Shown one piece after another: positions 52,531-62,946 of a DNA stretch of 64,000 nt. Under the pieces are notes generated by a model. It was not told the DNA's origin. It saw nothing but the letters and a program-made list of their open reading frames with translations, and did not search any database. Within the stretch, counting starts at the first letter, position 1; each line of letters starts with the position of its first letter. Location of the stretch: assembly GCA_963705305.1 (NCBI GenBank), contig OY970067.1, positions 4,352,001 to 4,416,000 of the forward strand. Reading direction: 5' to 3'. Source of the DNA: an uncultured Methylomirabilota bacterium. Lineage in GTDB: Bacteria; Methylomirabilota; Methylomirabilia; Methylomirabilales; 2-02-FULL-66-22. The position numbers were made by a program, and so were the translations under genes.

Positions 52531-53018
52531 CCTGGATTCAGAGGGGGAGATAGGGGGAGGGGGCGAGAGGGAGACTTCGAACCCGCCTCCAACCCCCATC
52601 CCCCAACCCCATTAATTGGGGCAAAACCAGGATATCTCACGCAAAGCACGCAAAGGGCGCCATCGGTGAGGGGGAGCTGGGGTGAGGGGGGGAGGGGGAC
52701 GACAGAGAGCACAGAGCATGGGGCATAGCGCGAAGGGTGAAAGGTGCCGCGGAGAAGGTGGAATGCGGGACCCCTGACTACTGACCACCCTCCGGGCCGT
52801 AGGCCCTCCCTCCGGGGTGGAGCCCCTCCGGGGTGGAACCCGGGCCGGAGGCTGCCTACTGCATACTGGAAATGGCGAGCCTGGCGATCTTTGCGTGAGA
52901 CCGGGTTCGAATTTCTCTCGAAGAGGTACAGGAGGGCCGGGGGGCTGGGGAGCGAAGAAGGGGAAGTGACGCGAGGAGACGAGGAAGCGGCGCTCCGAGC
53001 GGGAAAGATGCCGGAGCT

Positions 53019-53927
53019 GTGAACATGTGGCGGCGGATGATCTTCCCGAGAAACTACACGGACCGCCAGCGGCGGGCGGGGTTCCTGTTCGTCCTGCCTG
53101 CCGTGCTGTTTTTCAGCTTTGTGTACCTCCTGCCCCTCGTGCAATCCGTGATCGGCTCGTTCTACCGGACACTCCCGGGCGGGGCCAGCCGCTACGTCGG
53201 CGCCCAGCAATACCAGAAAGTCCTGACCGACGACGCCTTTTGGTCGGCCGTTCGCAACACCCTGAGCCTCCTCGTGATGTCCGTCCCCATCACCGTGGTC
53301 CTGGCCCTCCTGGTGGCGTTGGGACTGAACCGGATCGGAAGACTCCGCTGGCGGAGCGCGTGGGCGTTGATGTACTTCCTGCCCTTCGCCTCTTCCCTTG
53401 TCGCCGCATCGCTGGTCTGGCAGTGGATATACGACCCGGCCTACGGCGTCCTCAATTACTTCCTGTCCTTCGCCGGCATCCCGCCGCAGAAGTTTCTCCA
53501 GAGCATCAGCCAGGTGCGTCCGTCCATCGCGGCGATCAACATCTGGCTTCGCCTCGGGTTTGACACCATGATCTTCCTGGCGGGGCTGCAATCCATCCCC
53601 GGCGAGTTCTACGAGGCGGCGGCGATCGACGGCGCCAGTGGCATGCAGCGGCTGCGCCGAATCACTATCCCCCTGCTCAACCCACAGATCCTCATGGTCT
53701 GCATTCTGGAGCTGATCTTCAACTTTCAGATCTTCGATCAGGCGTATGCCACGACGCAAGGCGGGCCGGCCGGGAGCAGCGAGACCATCATCATGCTGCT
53801 GTACGACACCGCCTTCAAGTTCTTCCGGCTGGGCGAGGCGTCGGTCATCGCCGTGTTCGTGTTCGTCACCCTGCTTGTCGTGACACTGCTGCAATGGCGA
53901 CTCTTTCGCAAACCGGTCGAGTACTAG
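53019..53927 (+). CDS. Carbohydrate ABC transporter permease
   Basis: FLAGLQSIP.E.YEAAAIDGA (EAA loop). Confidence 0.92.
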   Translation: MNMWRRMIFPRNYTDRQRRAGFLFVLPAVLFFSFVYLLPLVQSVIGSFYRTLPGGASRYVGAQQYQKVLTDDAFWSAVRNTLSLLVMSVPITVVLALLVALGLNRIGRLRWRSAWALMYFLPFASSLVAASLVWQWIYDPAYGVLNYFLSFAGIPPQKFLQSISQVRPSIAAINIWLRLGFDTMIFLAGLQSIPGEFYEAAAIDGASGMQRLRRITIPLLNPQILMVCILELIFNFQIFDQAYATTQGGPAGSSETIIMLLYDTAFKFFRLGEASVIAVFVFVTLLVVTLLQWRLFRKPVEY

Positions 53928-54796
53928 GGACCCGCGCCGGCGGCGGCCCGGCGGGGAAGCCTGCCCTGCTGGCGCACGCGCTGCGCCTGCGGTGGATTGG
54001 CGCGCTCCTCGTCGCGTGCGGCGCCCTCACGGTGTTCTTCCCCTTTTTCTGGATGGCCGTCACCTCGCTCAAGACCGCGCCGGAGATCCAGCGCCTGCCG
54101 CTCAAGATCTTCCCCGATCACTGGACCTACCTGAAGAACTACTGGGAGGTCTTTCAGCGCGAGCCCTTCGGGCGCTACCTCCTCAACAGCGCCCTGGTGG
54201 CCTCCATCTCCGCCGTGAGCAGCCTGGTGGTCTCATCCCTGGCCGGATACGGCTTTGCCAAGTTCCGATTCCCCGGCCGCGAGCTCTTTTCCCTCGGCAT
54301 CGTCAGCATCCTGATGGTCCCGTTCCAGTCCGTGGTGGTGCCCCTCTACATGTGGATGAACCGCTTGGGGCTGCTGGATACCTACCTGGGCATCGTCGCC
54401 CCCGACCTGGTCAGCGTCTTCGGCGTCTTCCTCATGCGCCAGGCCATCGAGGTCATCCCCAATGACTACATCGACGCCGCGCGGATCGACGGCTGCGGCG
54501 AGCTGCGCATCTTCCTCAGGGTCATCCTGCCCTCGGTGAAGCCGGCCCTGGCCACCCTGCTGATCATCAAGTTCATGTGGAGCTGGAACGGCTTTTTCTG
54601 GCCCTTGATCGTCATCAATTCCCCCTCGATGAAGGTGGTCACCATGGGGCTGATGAGCTTCACCAACATCTACTTCATCGAGAACAACCTGGTCACTGCC
54701 GCAGCCGTGCTCAGCATCCTGCCCATCCTGGTGATCTTCCTGGTACTGCAGAAATGGGTAGTCCAGGCGGTGGTGATGAGCGGACTGAAGGGGTGA
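53894..54796 (+). CDS. Carbohydrate ABC transporter permease
   Basis: FLMRQ....IP....DAARIDG, WN.FFWP. Confidence 0.92.
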   Translation: MATLSQTGRVLGTRAGGGPAGKPALLAHALRLRWIGALLVACGALTVFFPFFWMAVTSLKTAPEIQRLPLKIFPDHWTYLKNYWEVFQREPFGRYLLNSALVASISAVSSLVVSSLAGYGFAKFRFPGRELFSLGIVSILMVPFQSVVVPLYMWMNRLGLLDTYLGIVAPDLVSVFGVFLMRQAIEVIPNDYIDAARIDGCGELRIFLRVILPSVKPALATLLIIKFMWSWNGFFWPLIVINSPSMKVVTMGLMSFTNIYFIENNLVTAAAVLSILPILVIFLVLQKWVVQAVVMSGLKG

Positions 54797-55107
54797 GGGG
54801 GCGAGGGGGAGAGCGGGAGAACGGGGAACCGGAGAATCGGGGAGCTGGAGAAAGAGCGCTGACGCGCACGAGCGCAGAGGCGAAGAGGCGCGGGGGCGCT
54901 AGGGCGAACGTGAAATACAGGACCACTGACCGCTGACTTCCCTCCGGGCCGTAGGCCCTCCCTCCGGGGTGGAGCCCCTCCGGGGTGGAACCCCTACGGG
55001 GTGGAACCCGGGCCGGAGGCTGACTCCTGGCCCCTGCCTACTGCTTACTGCCTACTGGCAATGGCGATCTTTGCGATGCAAGGTACAAACTTAAACCGGA
55101 AAGGTGA

Positions 55108-56793
55108 ATGATGAATTCGCGTGAGACATCGGTGGCTGCGTTCGGTCAGCCGGGTATGGCCCGCTCTCGGGCCCTCATCAAGGCCATGGGGTTCGACGAC
55201 GAGGACATCCGGCGTCCCCGGATCGGCGTGGCCAACACCTGGAGCGAGACCAGCCCCGGCCACTCGCACCTCAAGGGCGTGGCGGAGGCGGTCAAAGCCG
55301 GCATCTGGCAGGCGGGCGGGACGCCGTACGAGTTCGGCGGATTCGGCCAGTGCCCCATGGACGTGGGCCGCTCGGGGGTCCGCTTCGACACGCCGACGCG
55401 GGACATCATCGCCGCCGACGTCGAGACCTGCGCCCAGATCCACTGCTTTGACGGTCTGGTCCTGATCAGCAGCTGCGACAAGAACGTGCCAGGCCACCTG
55501 CTGGCCGCCGCTCGTCTGGATCTTCCCGCCATCATCCTGACGGGCGGACCCATGCTCGCCGGCCGCTATCGGGGGAAAGACACCATCATCACCGACCTGG
55601 ACACCGAGGCCTGGGCCTGCGGCGTCGGCCGGCCCCGCCTCGGGCCCGAGGACCTGGCAGAGATCGAGAATGCCGCCTGCCCCACCGCCGGCTCTTGCGC
55701 ACTGCTGGGCACCGCCAACACGATGCAGTGCCTTTCGGAGGCGGTCGGCCTGGCCCTTCCGGGATCGGCAACCGCGCCGGCGGTCTCGGCCGAGCGTCTC
55801 TGGTTTGCCAGGCAGGCCGGCCGGCAGATCATGGCGCTGGTGCAGGAAGACCTCCGCCCAAGCCGGATCCTCACCCAGCAGGCCCTGGAGAACATGATCC
55901 GCGTCCTGCACGCCATCGGCGGCTCCACCAACGCTGTGGTCCACATCCTGGCCTTGGCCCAGGAGCTCGACCTGGGGGACGTGATCACGCTGGAGACGGT
56001 GGAGGCGCTCTCGAAACAGGTGGACTGCTTCGTGGCCGTCCGGCCCAGCGGTCCCTACACGATGCAGGACTTCGATGAGGCGGGAGGCATTCCGGCCGTC
56101 ATGAAATCGCTGGGGAGCCGGCTGCACCTCGATTGCCGTACCGTCAGCGGGCGAACGGTGGAGGCGAATCTCCAGGCCGCCCGCGTCCAGCGGCCCGAGG
56201 TGATCCGCCCGCTGGACCAGCCGGTCTTCCGGGGAGGCCTGGCCATCCTGCGGGGAAGCCTGGCCGCGTCGGCGGTTGTCCGGCCCACCGTCGTCCCCGA
56301 GCAGATGATGAAGCACACCGGCCCGGCCCGCACATTCGACTCGCTGGAATCCTGCCTCGAAGGTTTGCGCTCGGGGCAAGTCAAGCCGGGCGACGTCATC
56401 ATCCTGCGCTACGAGGGGCCTCGCGGCGGCCCCGGCCTGACCGAGGTGTTCAAGGTCCTGGGGTTCATGGGGGCCCTGGGCCTCGACAAGTCCTGCGCCT
56501 TCGTGACGGACGGGAAGATCTCGGGATTCGCCAAGGGGCCGTTCATCTGCCAGGTCTCCCCCGAGGCCGCCCTGGGCGGGCCGATCGCGCTGGTCCGGGA
56601 CGGAGACCGGATCGAGGTGGACATCCCCGGCCGCCGGTTGGACCTGCTGGTGCCGCCCGCCGAGTTGGAAAGGCGGCGCGCCGCCTGGACCTGCCCTCCG
56701 CCGCGCGTCTCTCGGGGCTTCCTCAGCCTGTACGCCCGCCTGGCCGAGCCGACGGAGCGCGGCGCCGGCCTGCCGGTCCGTAACGCCGGCTAG
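55108..56793 (+). CDS. Dihydroxy-acid dehydratase (IlvD/Edd) family, possibly a sugar-acid dehydratase
   Basis: CDKNVPG, GSC..LGTANTM, GGSTN, YEGPRGGPG, TDG..SG, SPEAA.GG. Confidence 0.9.
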   Translation: MMNSRETSVAAFGQPGMARSRALIKAMGFDDEDIRRPRIGVANTWSETSPGHSHLKGVAEAVKAGIWQAGGTPYEFGGFGQCPMDVGRSGVRFDTPTRDIIAADVETCAQIHCFDGLVLISSCDKNVPGHLLAAARLDLPAIILTGGPMLAGRYRGKDTIITDLDTEAWACGVGRPRLGPEDLAEIENAACPTAGSCALLGTANTMQCLSEAVGLALPGSATAPAVSAERLWFARQAGRQIMALVQEDLRPSRILTQQALENMIRVLHAIGGSTNAVVHILALAQELDLGDVITLETVEALSKQVDCFVAVRPSGPYTMQDFDEAGGIPAVMKSLGSRLHLDCRTVSGRTVEANLQAARVQRPEVIRPLDQPVFRGGLAILRGSLAASAVVRPTVVPEQMMKHTGPARTFDSLESCLEGLRSGQVKPGDVIILRYEGPRGGPGLTEVFKVLGFMGALGLDKSCAFVTDGKISGFAKGPFICQVSPEAALGGPIALVRDGDRIEVDIPGRRLDLLVPPAELERRRAAWTCPPPRVSRGFLSLYARLAEPTERGAGLPVRNAG

Positions 56794-56836
56794 CGCAGAC
56801 CGCGCCACCGACGGTAAAGGGAGCAAGCGGGGACGG

Positions 56837-58108
56837 TCAGGGCGAGAGGAACGGGTCGGACCAGATGCCCTCGCCGGGCGTGAACGATTCCAGCGAGCGG
56901 CGCAGCCGCTGGAGGAAGCGGCCGGCGACGGCCCCGTCCACGGCGCGGTGGTCGTAGGAAAGGCAGAGATAGCCCATCCAGCGGATGGCGATGACATCTT
57001 CGCCGGCCTGGGACAGGACGACCGGCCGCTTGGCGATCGTGCCCACCCCCAAGATTCCCACCTCGGGCTGATTGAGCACCGGCGTGCCGATCAGGTTTCC
57101 GTCCGCCCCGAAATTGTTCACCGTGAAGGTGCCGCCGGTCAGCTCGTCCGGAAGAAGCCTTCCCGCCTGGGCCCTCCTCGTCATCTGCGCGATGGTCACC
57201 GCGATATCGGTGAGGCTGCGGGACCGCGGGCTGCGCAGGACGGGCACCACCAGGCCGTCTTCCAGGGCAATGGCAATCCCCAGGTGGACGGCCTTGCGCA
57301 CGTAGATCCCCTCCTCGCTCCAGCGGGCGTTCAAGGTGGGAAATTCCGGCAAGAGGTGGGCCGCCGCCTTGACGATGAACGGCAGGAAGGTCAAAGGGAC
57401 GCCCCTGGCCTCCCGAAAGGCGGCCTTCTTGGCGTCCCGGAACCGCGCCACCGCCGTGAAATCCGCTTCCGAGACGGACGTGACGTGCGGGGCCCCGCGG
57501 AGGCTGCGCACCATGTGTTCCGCGATGCTCTGCCGCATCTTCGTCATGGGAAGAAGCTCTTCCCCCTCCACCTCCACTACCGGCGCTGCGGCGTCGCTGC
57601 CGACGGCAATGCCGGGTCCGGCAAAGGTCAACTTTCGATCACGGGCCTGCGCATACGCTTCGACGTCCCTCCGGGTGACGCGGCCTCCCTGCCCCGTCCC
57701 CGTGACGTCGTCCAGGTTAACCCCCAGGTCGGCGGCCAGCCGGCGGACCGCCGGCGAATGGAACGGGCCCTCGCGCTGCTCGGGAGCAGCCGCGACCGGC
57801 CCAGGCGCCGGCGGCTCTGCAACGGTGACAGGCGGCTCCGACCCCAGGTCCACACCGGTTCCCGAGGCAAACCCCTCCACGATCACGGCCAGTGTAAAGC
57901 CCACCGGAGCCACCTCGCCGGCCTTCACGCGCACCTGGGAGAGCACCCCGCCGGCCGGCGCCGGGATCTCGGCCTCCACCTTTTCGGTGGAGATGGCCAG
58001 AATGGGCTCATCCTTCTCGACGCGATCGCCCTCTTGCTTCAGCCACTCAATGACGGTTCCCTCGGCCACGCTTTCGCCGAGCTGCGGCATGATGATGGGG
58101 ACGGCCAT
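56837..58108 (-). CDS. 2-oxoacid dehydrogenase E2 (dihydrolipoamide acyltransferase)
   Basis: Lipoyl domain (STEKV), SPAVRRLA...GTG.GGRVT, YDHRAVDG. Confidence 0.93.
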   Translation of the reverse strand: MAVPIIMPQLGESVAEGTVIEWLKQEGDRVEKDEPILAISTEKVEAEIPAPAGGVLSQVRVKAGEVAPVGFTLAVIVEGFASGTGVDLGSEPPVTVAEPPAPGPVAAAPEQREGPFHSPAVRRLAADLGVNLDDVTGTGQGGRVTRRDVEAYAQARDRKLTFAGPGIAVGSDAAAPVVEVEGEELLPMTKMRQSIAEHMVRSLRGAPHVTSVSEADFTAVARFRDAKKAAFREARGVPLTFLPFIVKAAAHLLPEFPTLNARWSEEGIYVRKAVHLGIAIALEDGLVVPVLRSPRSRSLTDIAVTIAQMTRRAQAGRLLPDELTGGTFTVNNFGADGNLIGTPVLNQPEVGILGVGTIAKRPVVLSQAGEDVIAIRWMGYLCLSYDHRAVDGAVAGRFLQRLRRSLESFTPGEGIWSDPFLSP

Positions 58109-58129
58109 GGGGGCGCTCCGTAAGTCGCG

Positions 58130-58270
58130 GTTCTAGGTTCGAAGTTCGAGGTTCTAGGTTTGAAAACCGCCAACATAGAACTGCAGCACCTAGAACTGTT
58201 CTTTACCGCAGCACTTAGAACCGTTCGCTACCGCCGAACCGCGAACCTCCGCACCTAGAACCGTTTCCAA
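58130..58270. repeat. Inverted arrays of heptamers (GGTTCTA/GGTTCGA ... TAGAACC)
   Basis: Tandem 7-mers followed by their reverse complements; related arrays at 59263-59510. Confidence 0.75.
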
Positions 58271-58272
58271 CC

Positions 58273-59247
58273 TCAGAACGCGGCCAGCTCTTCCGCCGCG
58301 GCCGCGATACGATCGGCGTCGGGGAAAAAGGCCTCCTCCAGCGGCGCCGAAAACGGCACCGGGGTGTCGGGGGCCGTGACCCGCGTGATCGGCCCATCCA
58401 GCCGGTCGAATGCCGATTCGGCGACGATCGCGGCGACCTCGCCGCCGATGCCACCCGTACGCGTGGCCTCGTGGACGATCAGAACCTTGCCGGTCCTTCG
58501 AGCCGAGGCAACGATGGCCTCGCGATCCAGCGGCAGGAGCGTCCGGAGATCCAGGATCTCCACGGAGATGCCTTTCCGGGCCAGGCGCGTGGCCGCGTCG
58601 AAGGACTGGTGGACCATGGCCCCGTACGTGATGATGCTGAGGTCGGCCCCCTCGCGCTTCACCTCGGCCTTGCCGATGGGCACCAGGAAGTCGTCGTCGA
58701 GCACGCGCCCCTTGATGCGCCGGTACAGGTATTTGTGCTCGAAGAATATGACCGGATCCGGATCACGGATGGCAGCCTTCAGCAGTCCCTTGGCATCCGC
58801 GGGGGTAGAGGGCGCCAGGACCTTCAGGCCCGGCACATGCACGAACCAAGCCTCCGGGCTCTGCGAGTGAAAGGGTCCGGCGTGCACCCGGCCCCCGGAA
58901 GGCCCGCGGATGACCAGGGGGACGCTGGAGCCGGTCCGGTAATGGAACTTGGCGGCCATGTTGACGATCTGGTCAAAAGCGCAGGCGATGAAATCGATGA
59001 ACTGCATCTCCACCACGGGACGCAGCCCCATGAGCGCGGCGCCCGTAGCGGCGCCCACGATGGCCGACTCCGCGATGGGCGTATCGATCACCCGGTCTTC
59101 CCCGAATTTCTCCAGAAAGCCTTGGGTGATCTTGAATGCGCCCCCGTACGCACCGATATCCTCGCCGATCAAAAACACCCGCTCGTCCCGCTCCATCTCT
59201 TCCCAGAGCGCCTGCCGGATCGCTTCGATGTAAGTGATTTCAGCCAT
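58273..59247 (-). CDS. 2-oxoacid dehydrogenase E1 beta subunit
   Basis: GEDIG.YGG.F, DTPIAE, EMQF.DF, HSQ, DLRTL.PLD. Confidence 0.93.
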   Translation of the reverse strand: MAEITYIEAIRQALWEEMERDERVFLIGEDIGAYGGAFKITQGFLEKFGEDRVIDTPIAESAIVGAATGAALMGLRPVVEMQFIDFIACAFDQIVNMAAKFHYRTGSSVPLVIRGPSGGRVHAGPFHSQSPEAWFVHVPGLKVLAPSTPADAKGLLKAAIRDPDPVIFFEHKYLYRRIKGRVLDDDFLVPIGKAEVKREGADLSIITYGAMVHQSFDAATRLARKGISVEILDLRTLLPLDREAIVASARRTGKVLIVHEATRTGGIGGEVAAIVAESAFDRLDGPITRVTAPDTPVPFSAPLEEAFFPDADRIAAAAEELAAF

Positions 59248-59508
59248 AGGAAATGAATAGCCGTTCGAGGTTCTAGGCTCGAGGTTCGTGCGTAGCGGTT
59301 CTAGGTTCGAGGTTCTAGGTTAAAACCGCCGCACCGTCAACTGCAGCACCTAGAACCGTTCTTAACCGCAGCATGTCGAGCCGTCACTAACAACGGTCCA
59401 CTAGTTCGAGGTTCGAGGTTCTAGGTTTGAGAACTGACAACCTCGAACCGCCGCACCTAGAACTGTTCTCTACCGCAGCACCTCGAACCGCAGCACTTCC
59501 AACCGTTC

Positions 59509-60480
59509 CTAGGTTGAATAGACCCCTTCCTCCACATCCTTCCCGTCGGGAAAGGGGCTGGCCTCGGCCCAGGTCACGGCAGCCTCCAGCTCGGAGGCAA
59601 TGCGGCGGGCCATCTCGCCTTCCCGCACCGCATCCAGCACCCCCCACTCCATCAGGCGCGACTTGAACTGCTGGACGGGGTCCCTGGCGCCCCAGGCCTC
59701 GAGGAGGTCACGGGGCACATATGATGCGTCGTCGTGCTCCGAGTGGCCGCGCATCCGCATGGTCTTGCACTCGATCAGGCTGGGCCCCTCGCCGCAGCGA
59801 GCCCGCGCCACCGCCTCGCTCGCCGCCTTATACACGGCCAGGACGTCGTTTCCATCCACGATGGATCCCGGAATGCCGTAGCCGGGAGCCCGGGCTGCGA
59901 TGTCGGCGACGCGGGCCTGCTTGGCGAGCGGCGTCGAGTAGGCGTACTGGTTGTTGTTGCAGACGAACACCACTGGAACCTGAAGGACCGCGGCCAGGTT
60001 CACCCCTTCGTGAAAGTCGCCCCGGCTGGCGGCCCCCTCGCCGAACCAGGTCATCGCCACCCGCCCCTTGCCCTCGCGTTTGAGCGCCAGCGCGACGCCG
60101 GCCGCCACCGGGATGCCGTTGGCCATCGGGCTGATGAAGGCGATATCGTTCCGGCGCATGTCCCCGTAGTGGACGTTGCCGTCCCGCCCGCGGGTCGGAC
60201 CGCCCAGCCGTCCCAAATATTGGGCCACCACCTCGCGCGGCTGGATGCCGCGCAGCAGGTGCGCGCCCAGATCGCGGTGGGAAGGGACGATGACGTCGCC
60301 CTCCCCCAGCGCGAAGGCGGCCCCGATGGAGACGGCCTCCTGTCCCGTGCACAGGTACACCCCGCCGAAGATCTTTCCCTGACGGTACAGGATGGCAAGG
60401 CGCTCTTCGAGGAATCGCGTGAGGCGAAGATGGTAATAGATGTCGAGAAGCTGATCGCTGGTCAGCCCAGACTCGTCCAC
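59509..60480 (-). CDS. 2-oxoacid dehydrogenase E1 alpha subunit
   Basis: GQEA, HRD, FGEGA...GDFHEG.N....NNQYA.ST, R..GHS..D. Confidence 0.93.
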   Translation of the reverse strand: MDESGLTSDQLLDIYYHLRLTRFLEERLAILYRQGKIFGGVYLCTGQEAVSIGAAFALGEGDVIVPSHRDLGAHLLRGIQPREVVAQYLGRLGGPTRGRDGNVHYGDMRRNDIAFISPMANGIPVAAGVALALKREGKGRVAMTWFGEGAASRGDFHEGVNLAAVLQVPVVFVCNNNQYAYSTPLAKQARVADIAARAPGYGIPGSIVDGNDVLAVYKAASEAVARARCGEGPSLIECKTMRMRGHSEHDDASYVPRDLLEAWGARDPVQQFKSRLMEWGVLDAVREGEMARRIASELEAAVTWAEASPFPDGKDVEEGVYST

Positions 60481-60632
60481 GAGCGCCCCCCTCCCGGGCC
60501 CCTAGTTTTCCTGTTTCAGTCCGCACAAATTGTGCAATAAGTTGGCCGCCCCCGGCGGCGGCCACCTATATTGCGAACCACTGGAGCGGCAACCAGGCGC
60601 CCGCGGACCCCCCGTAGTCCGCCGCCGGCTTC

Positions 60633-61625
60633 TTACCCGCCGATGGCGGACATGGATCGTTCCGGCTTGATGAAATCAGGCTGGTTGATCTTGTGCCCCG
60701 CTTCCTTCTTCCAGACGGCGGCGATGATGAAGTCCGCCAACTCCTCGTCGGTCGCCCCGGAGCGCAGGAGCCCCTTGAGGTCGTGCTCGTGAAGGGAGAA
60801 CAGACAGGTGCGCAATTGGCCGTCGGCGGTGATGCGGACGCGGTTGCAGTGGTCGCAGAACGGCTGGCTGACCGAAGCGATGATTCCCACGGATCCGCGC
60901 CCGTCGGCAAAGCGGTAGACGGAGGCCGGCTCGCTTCCGTTGTCGTTCTTGGGCAGGACGGGGAAGGCCTCGTGGACGCGGGCCAGGATCTCGGCCCCCG
61001 TCACCACGCTCCCCATGTTCCACTCGCCCTGAGCATCCAGGGGCATGAACTCGATGAAGCGCACCTGGTAGTCCTGCTCGCGGCCCAGGCGGACGAATTC
61101 CACGATCTCGTCGTCGTTGTAGCCGCGCATGATCACGCAGTTCAGCTTGATGGGCGAAAGCCCCGCCCGGCGGGCCTCGCGCAGGCCGTCCAGGATCTTG
61201 AAGACCAGCTGGCCGTCCCGGCGGACCATGCGCTCGAACCGCTCGGGGCTCAGCGAATCCAGGCTGACGTTGATGCGCTTCAGTCCCGCCCCCGCCAGAC
61301 GGCCGACCCGCTCTAGGAGGAAGAAGCCGTTCGTGGTCATGGAGAGATCCAGCTCGGGCTTCAGACGGATCAGCCCCTCGATCAGGCGGTCGATGTCCTT
61401 CCGCATCAGCGGCTCGCCGCCGGTCAGCCGGACGGTCTGAATTCCCAGGTCGATGAAGATGCGCGCCAGGCGGAGGATCTCCTCATAGGTCAGGACCTCG
61501 CGCTTGGGCAGCCAGGGCAGCCCCTCGGCGGGCATGCAGTAGACACAGCGGAAGTTGCAGCGGTCGGTGAGGGAGATCCGCAGGTCATCGATGCTTCGGC
61601 CAAAGGTGTCCTTCAGACGCGACAC
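60633..61625 (-). CDS. moaA: GTP 3',8-cyclase MoaA
   Basis: CNFRCVYC, TGGEP, FCDHCNR.R......C, C-terminal IGG. Confidence 0.96.
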   Translation of the reverse strand: MSRLKDTFGRSIDDLRISLTDRCNFRCVYCMPAEGLPWLPKREVLTYEEILRLARIFIDLGIQTVRLTGGEPLMRKDIDRLIEGLIRLKPELDLSMTTNGFFLLERVGRLAGAGLKRINVSLDSLSPERFERMVRRDGQLVFKILDGLREARRAGLSPIKLNCVIMRGYNDDEIVEFVRLGREQDYQVRFIEFMPLDAQGEWNMGSVVTGAEILARVHEAFPVLPKNDNGSEPASVYRFADGRGSVGIIASVSQPFCDHCNRVRITADGQLRTCLFSLHEHDLKGLLRSGATDEELADFIIAAVWKKEAGHKINQPDFIKPERSMSAIGG

Positions 61626-61628
61626 GAC

Positions 61629-62156
61629 TCAGCTTCCCGCTGGAGTCGCCCCTGCGGCGGCAACGGCCGGCGCTTCCACCGGCGGCGCCTCCACCAGGGC
61701 GGGGGTCATGGGGCTGGGATAGAACTTCTCCGCATGCAGGGAGGTCTGGTCGAAGACCAACCCCGTCCGATTGAAGGCGCCGATCTCGAAATTGCCCGTC
61801 CACATGGTGATGGCGTCGAAGGGGCACACCTCCACGCACAGGTTACAGTACATGCAGAGGTTGTGGTCGATGACGAACTCGATCGGATGCCGCTCTTTCC
61901 CCTTCCCCGCCCCCACGATCGCAATGCAGCGCGTCGGGCAAATCTTGGCGCAGGCGTCACAGGCCGTGCACTTCAGCTTGCCCGAGCCCAAATCCACCGT
62001 GAGCACGTGGCGGTTCAGGGAGCGGAGCGGAAGCGTCCGCCTCACCGTCGGGTACTGCACCGTCAAGGCCGGCGTGAACAGGTGGCGCGCCGTCACCTTC
62101 ATGGCGGCCAGCACCGTCAGGAACCCACGCCACACCGCTCGCAGATACGCAAACAT
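61629..62156 (-). CDS. nuoI: NADH-quinone oxidoreductase subunit I-like 2x[4Fe-4S] protein
   Basis: TVQYP, CTACDACAKICP, CMYCNLCVEVCP.DAI. Confidence 0.85.
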   Translation of the reverse strand: MFAYLRAVWRGFLTVLAAMKVTARHLFTPALTVQYPTVRRTLPLRSLNRHVLTVDLGSGKLKCTACDACAKICPTRCIAIVGAGKGKERHPIEFVIDHNLCMYCNLCVEVCPFDAITMWTGNFEIGAFNRTGLVFDQTSLHAEKFYPSPMTPALVEAPPVEAPAVAAAGATPAGS

Positions 62157-62192
62157 GATCCCCCCACCACAAAGGATTTGCGTCTCGCCCGA

Positions 62193-62732
62193 TCAGGCCC
62201 CGCTTCCCGCCGGCAGCATCTCGGGAACCGTCACGGCCGGAAGCTTCCTCTTGGCAATGGTCTCCTGGGCGATCTTCTCCTGCAACTTCAGGACGCCGAA
62301 CAGCAGGGCCTCGGGACGCGGCGGACAGCCCGGAACATAGACGTCCACCGGGACGATGCGGTCCACCCCCTTGACCACGTGGTAGGCATCCCAGTAAAAG
62401 GGCCCCCCCGAGATGGCACAGGCCCCCATGGCGATGACCCACTTGGGATCCGCCATCTGCTCGTAGAGCGTTTTGATCCGGGGCGCCATCTTTTCCGTCA
62501 CGGTGCCGGCCACGATCATCAGATCAGACTGGCGCGGGGACGGCCGGAACACCCCGGCCCCGAACCGATCCATGTCGAATCTGGCGGCCCCCGTGCACAT
62601 CATCTCGATGGCGCAGCACGCCAGTCCGAAGGTCATCGGCCAGGGGGAATTTCGCCGGGCCCAGTTGAAGATCCAGTCCACCGACGTGGTCAGGACCCCC
62701 GGCTCGAATTTACCGTCCAGCACACCCATCAA
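62193..62732 (-). CDS. nuoB: NADH-quinone oxidoreductase subunit B
   Basis: [33 protein letters not shown]. Confidence 0.94.
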   Translation of the reverse strand: MMGVLDGKFEPGVLTTSVDWIFNWARRNSPWPMTFGLACCAIEMMCTGAARFDMDRFGAGVFRPSPRQSDLMIVAGTVTEKMAPRIKTLYEQMADPKWVIAMGACAISGGPFYWDAYHVVKGVDRIVPVDVYVPGCPPRPEALLFGVLKLQEKIAQETIAKRKLPAVTVPEMLPAGSGA

Positions 62733-62946
62733 TCCACCCCTTTCCCGTGTCCCCTCGCGGCCCAGCCCCGCTCGCCTCCCGGCCGGCGGCCATCCTCAGG
62801 CCAATCGGCGGCGGATCATATCGCAATCCGGCCGCATCGGCAACCCCTTGCCGGCTTATTTTTCCTCACCCGTACGCCCGGACTTCGGTCCCGAAGTCCA
62901 GCAGAGATCTCGGCTAGCGGTGCCGGGGCCGGATCGGATGACCGCG

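Noticed and set aside
55045..56997. Long antisense or alternate-frame ORFs (e.g. 55045-56997, 15227-16603, 51256-52599, 61734-63209, 27036-28394)
   Set aside because: Shadows of real genes in GC-rich DNA; no recognisable motifs.
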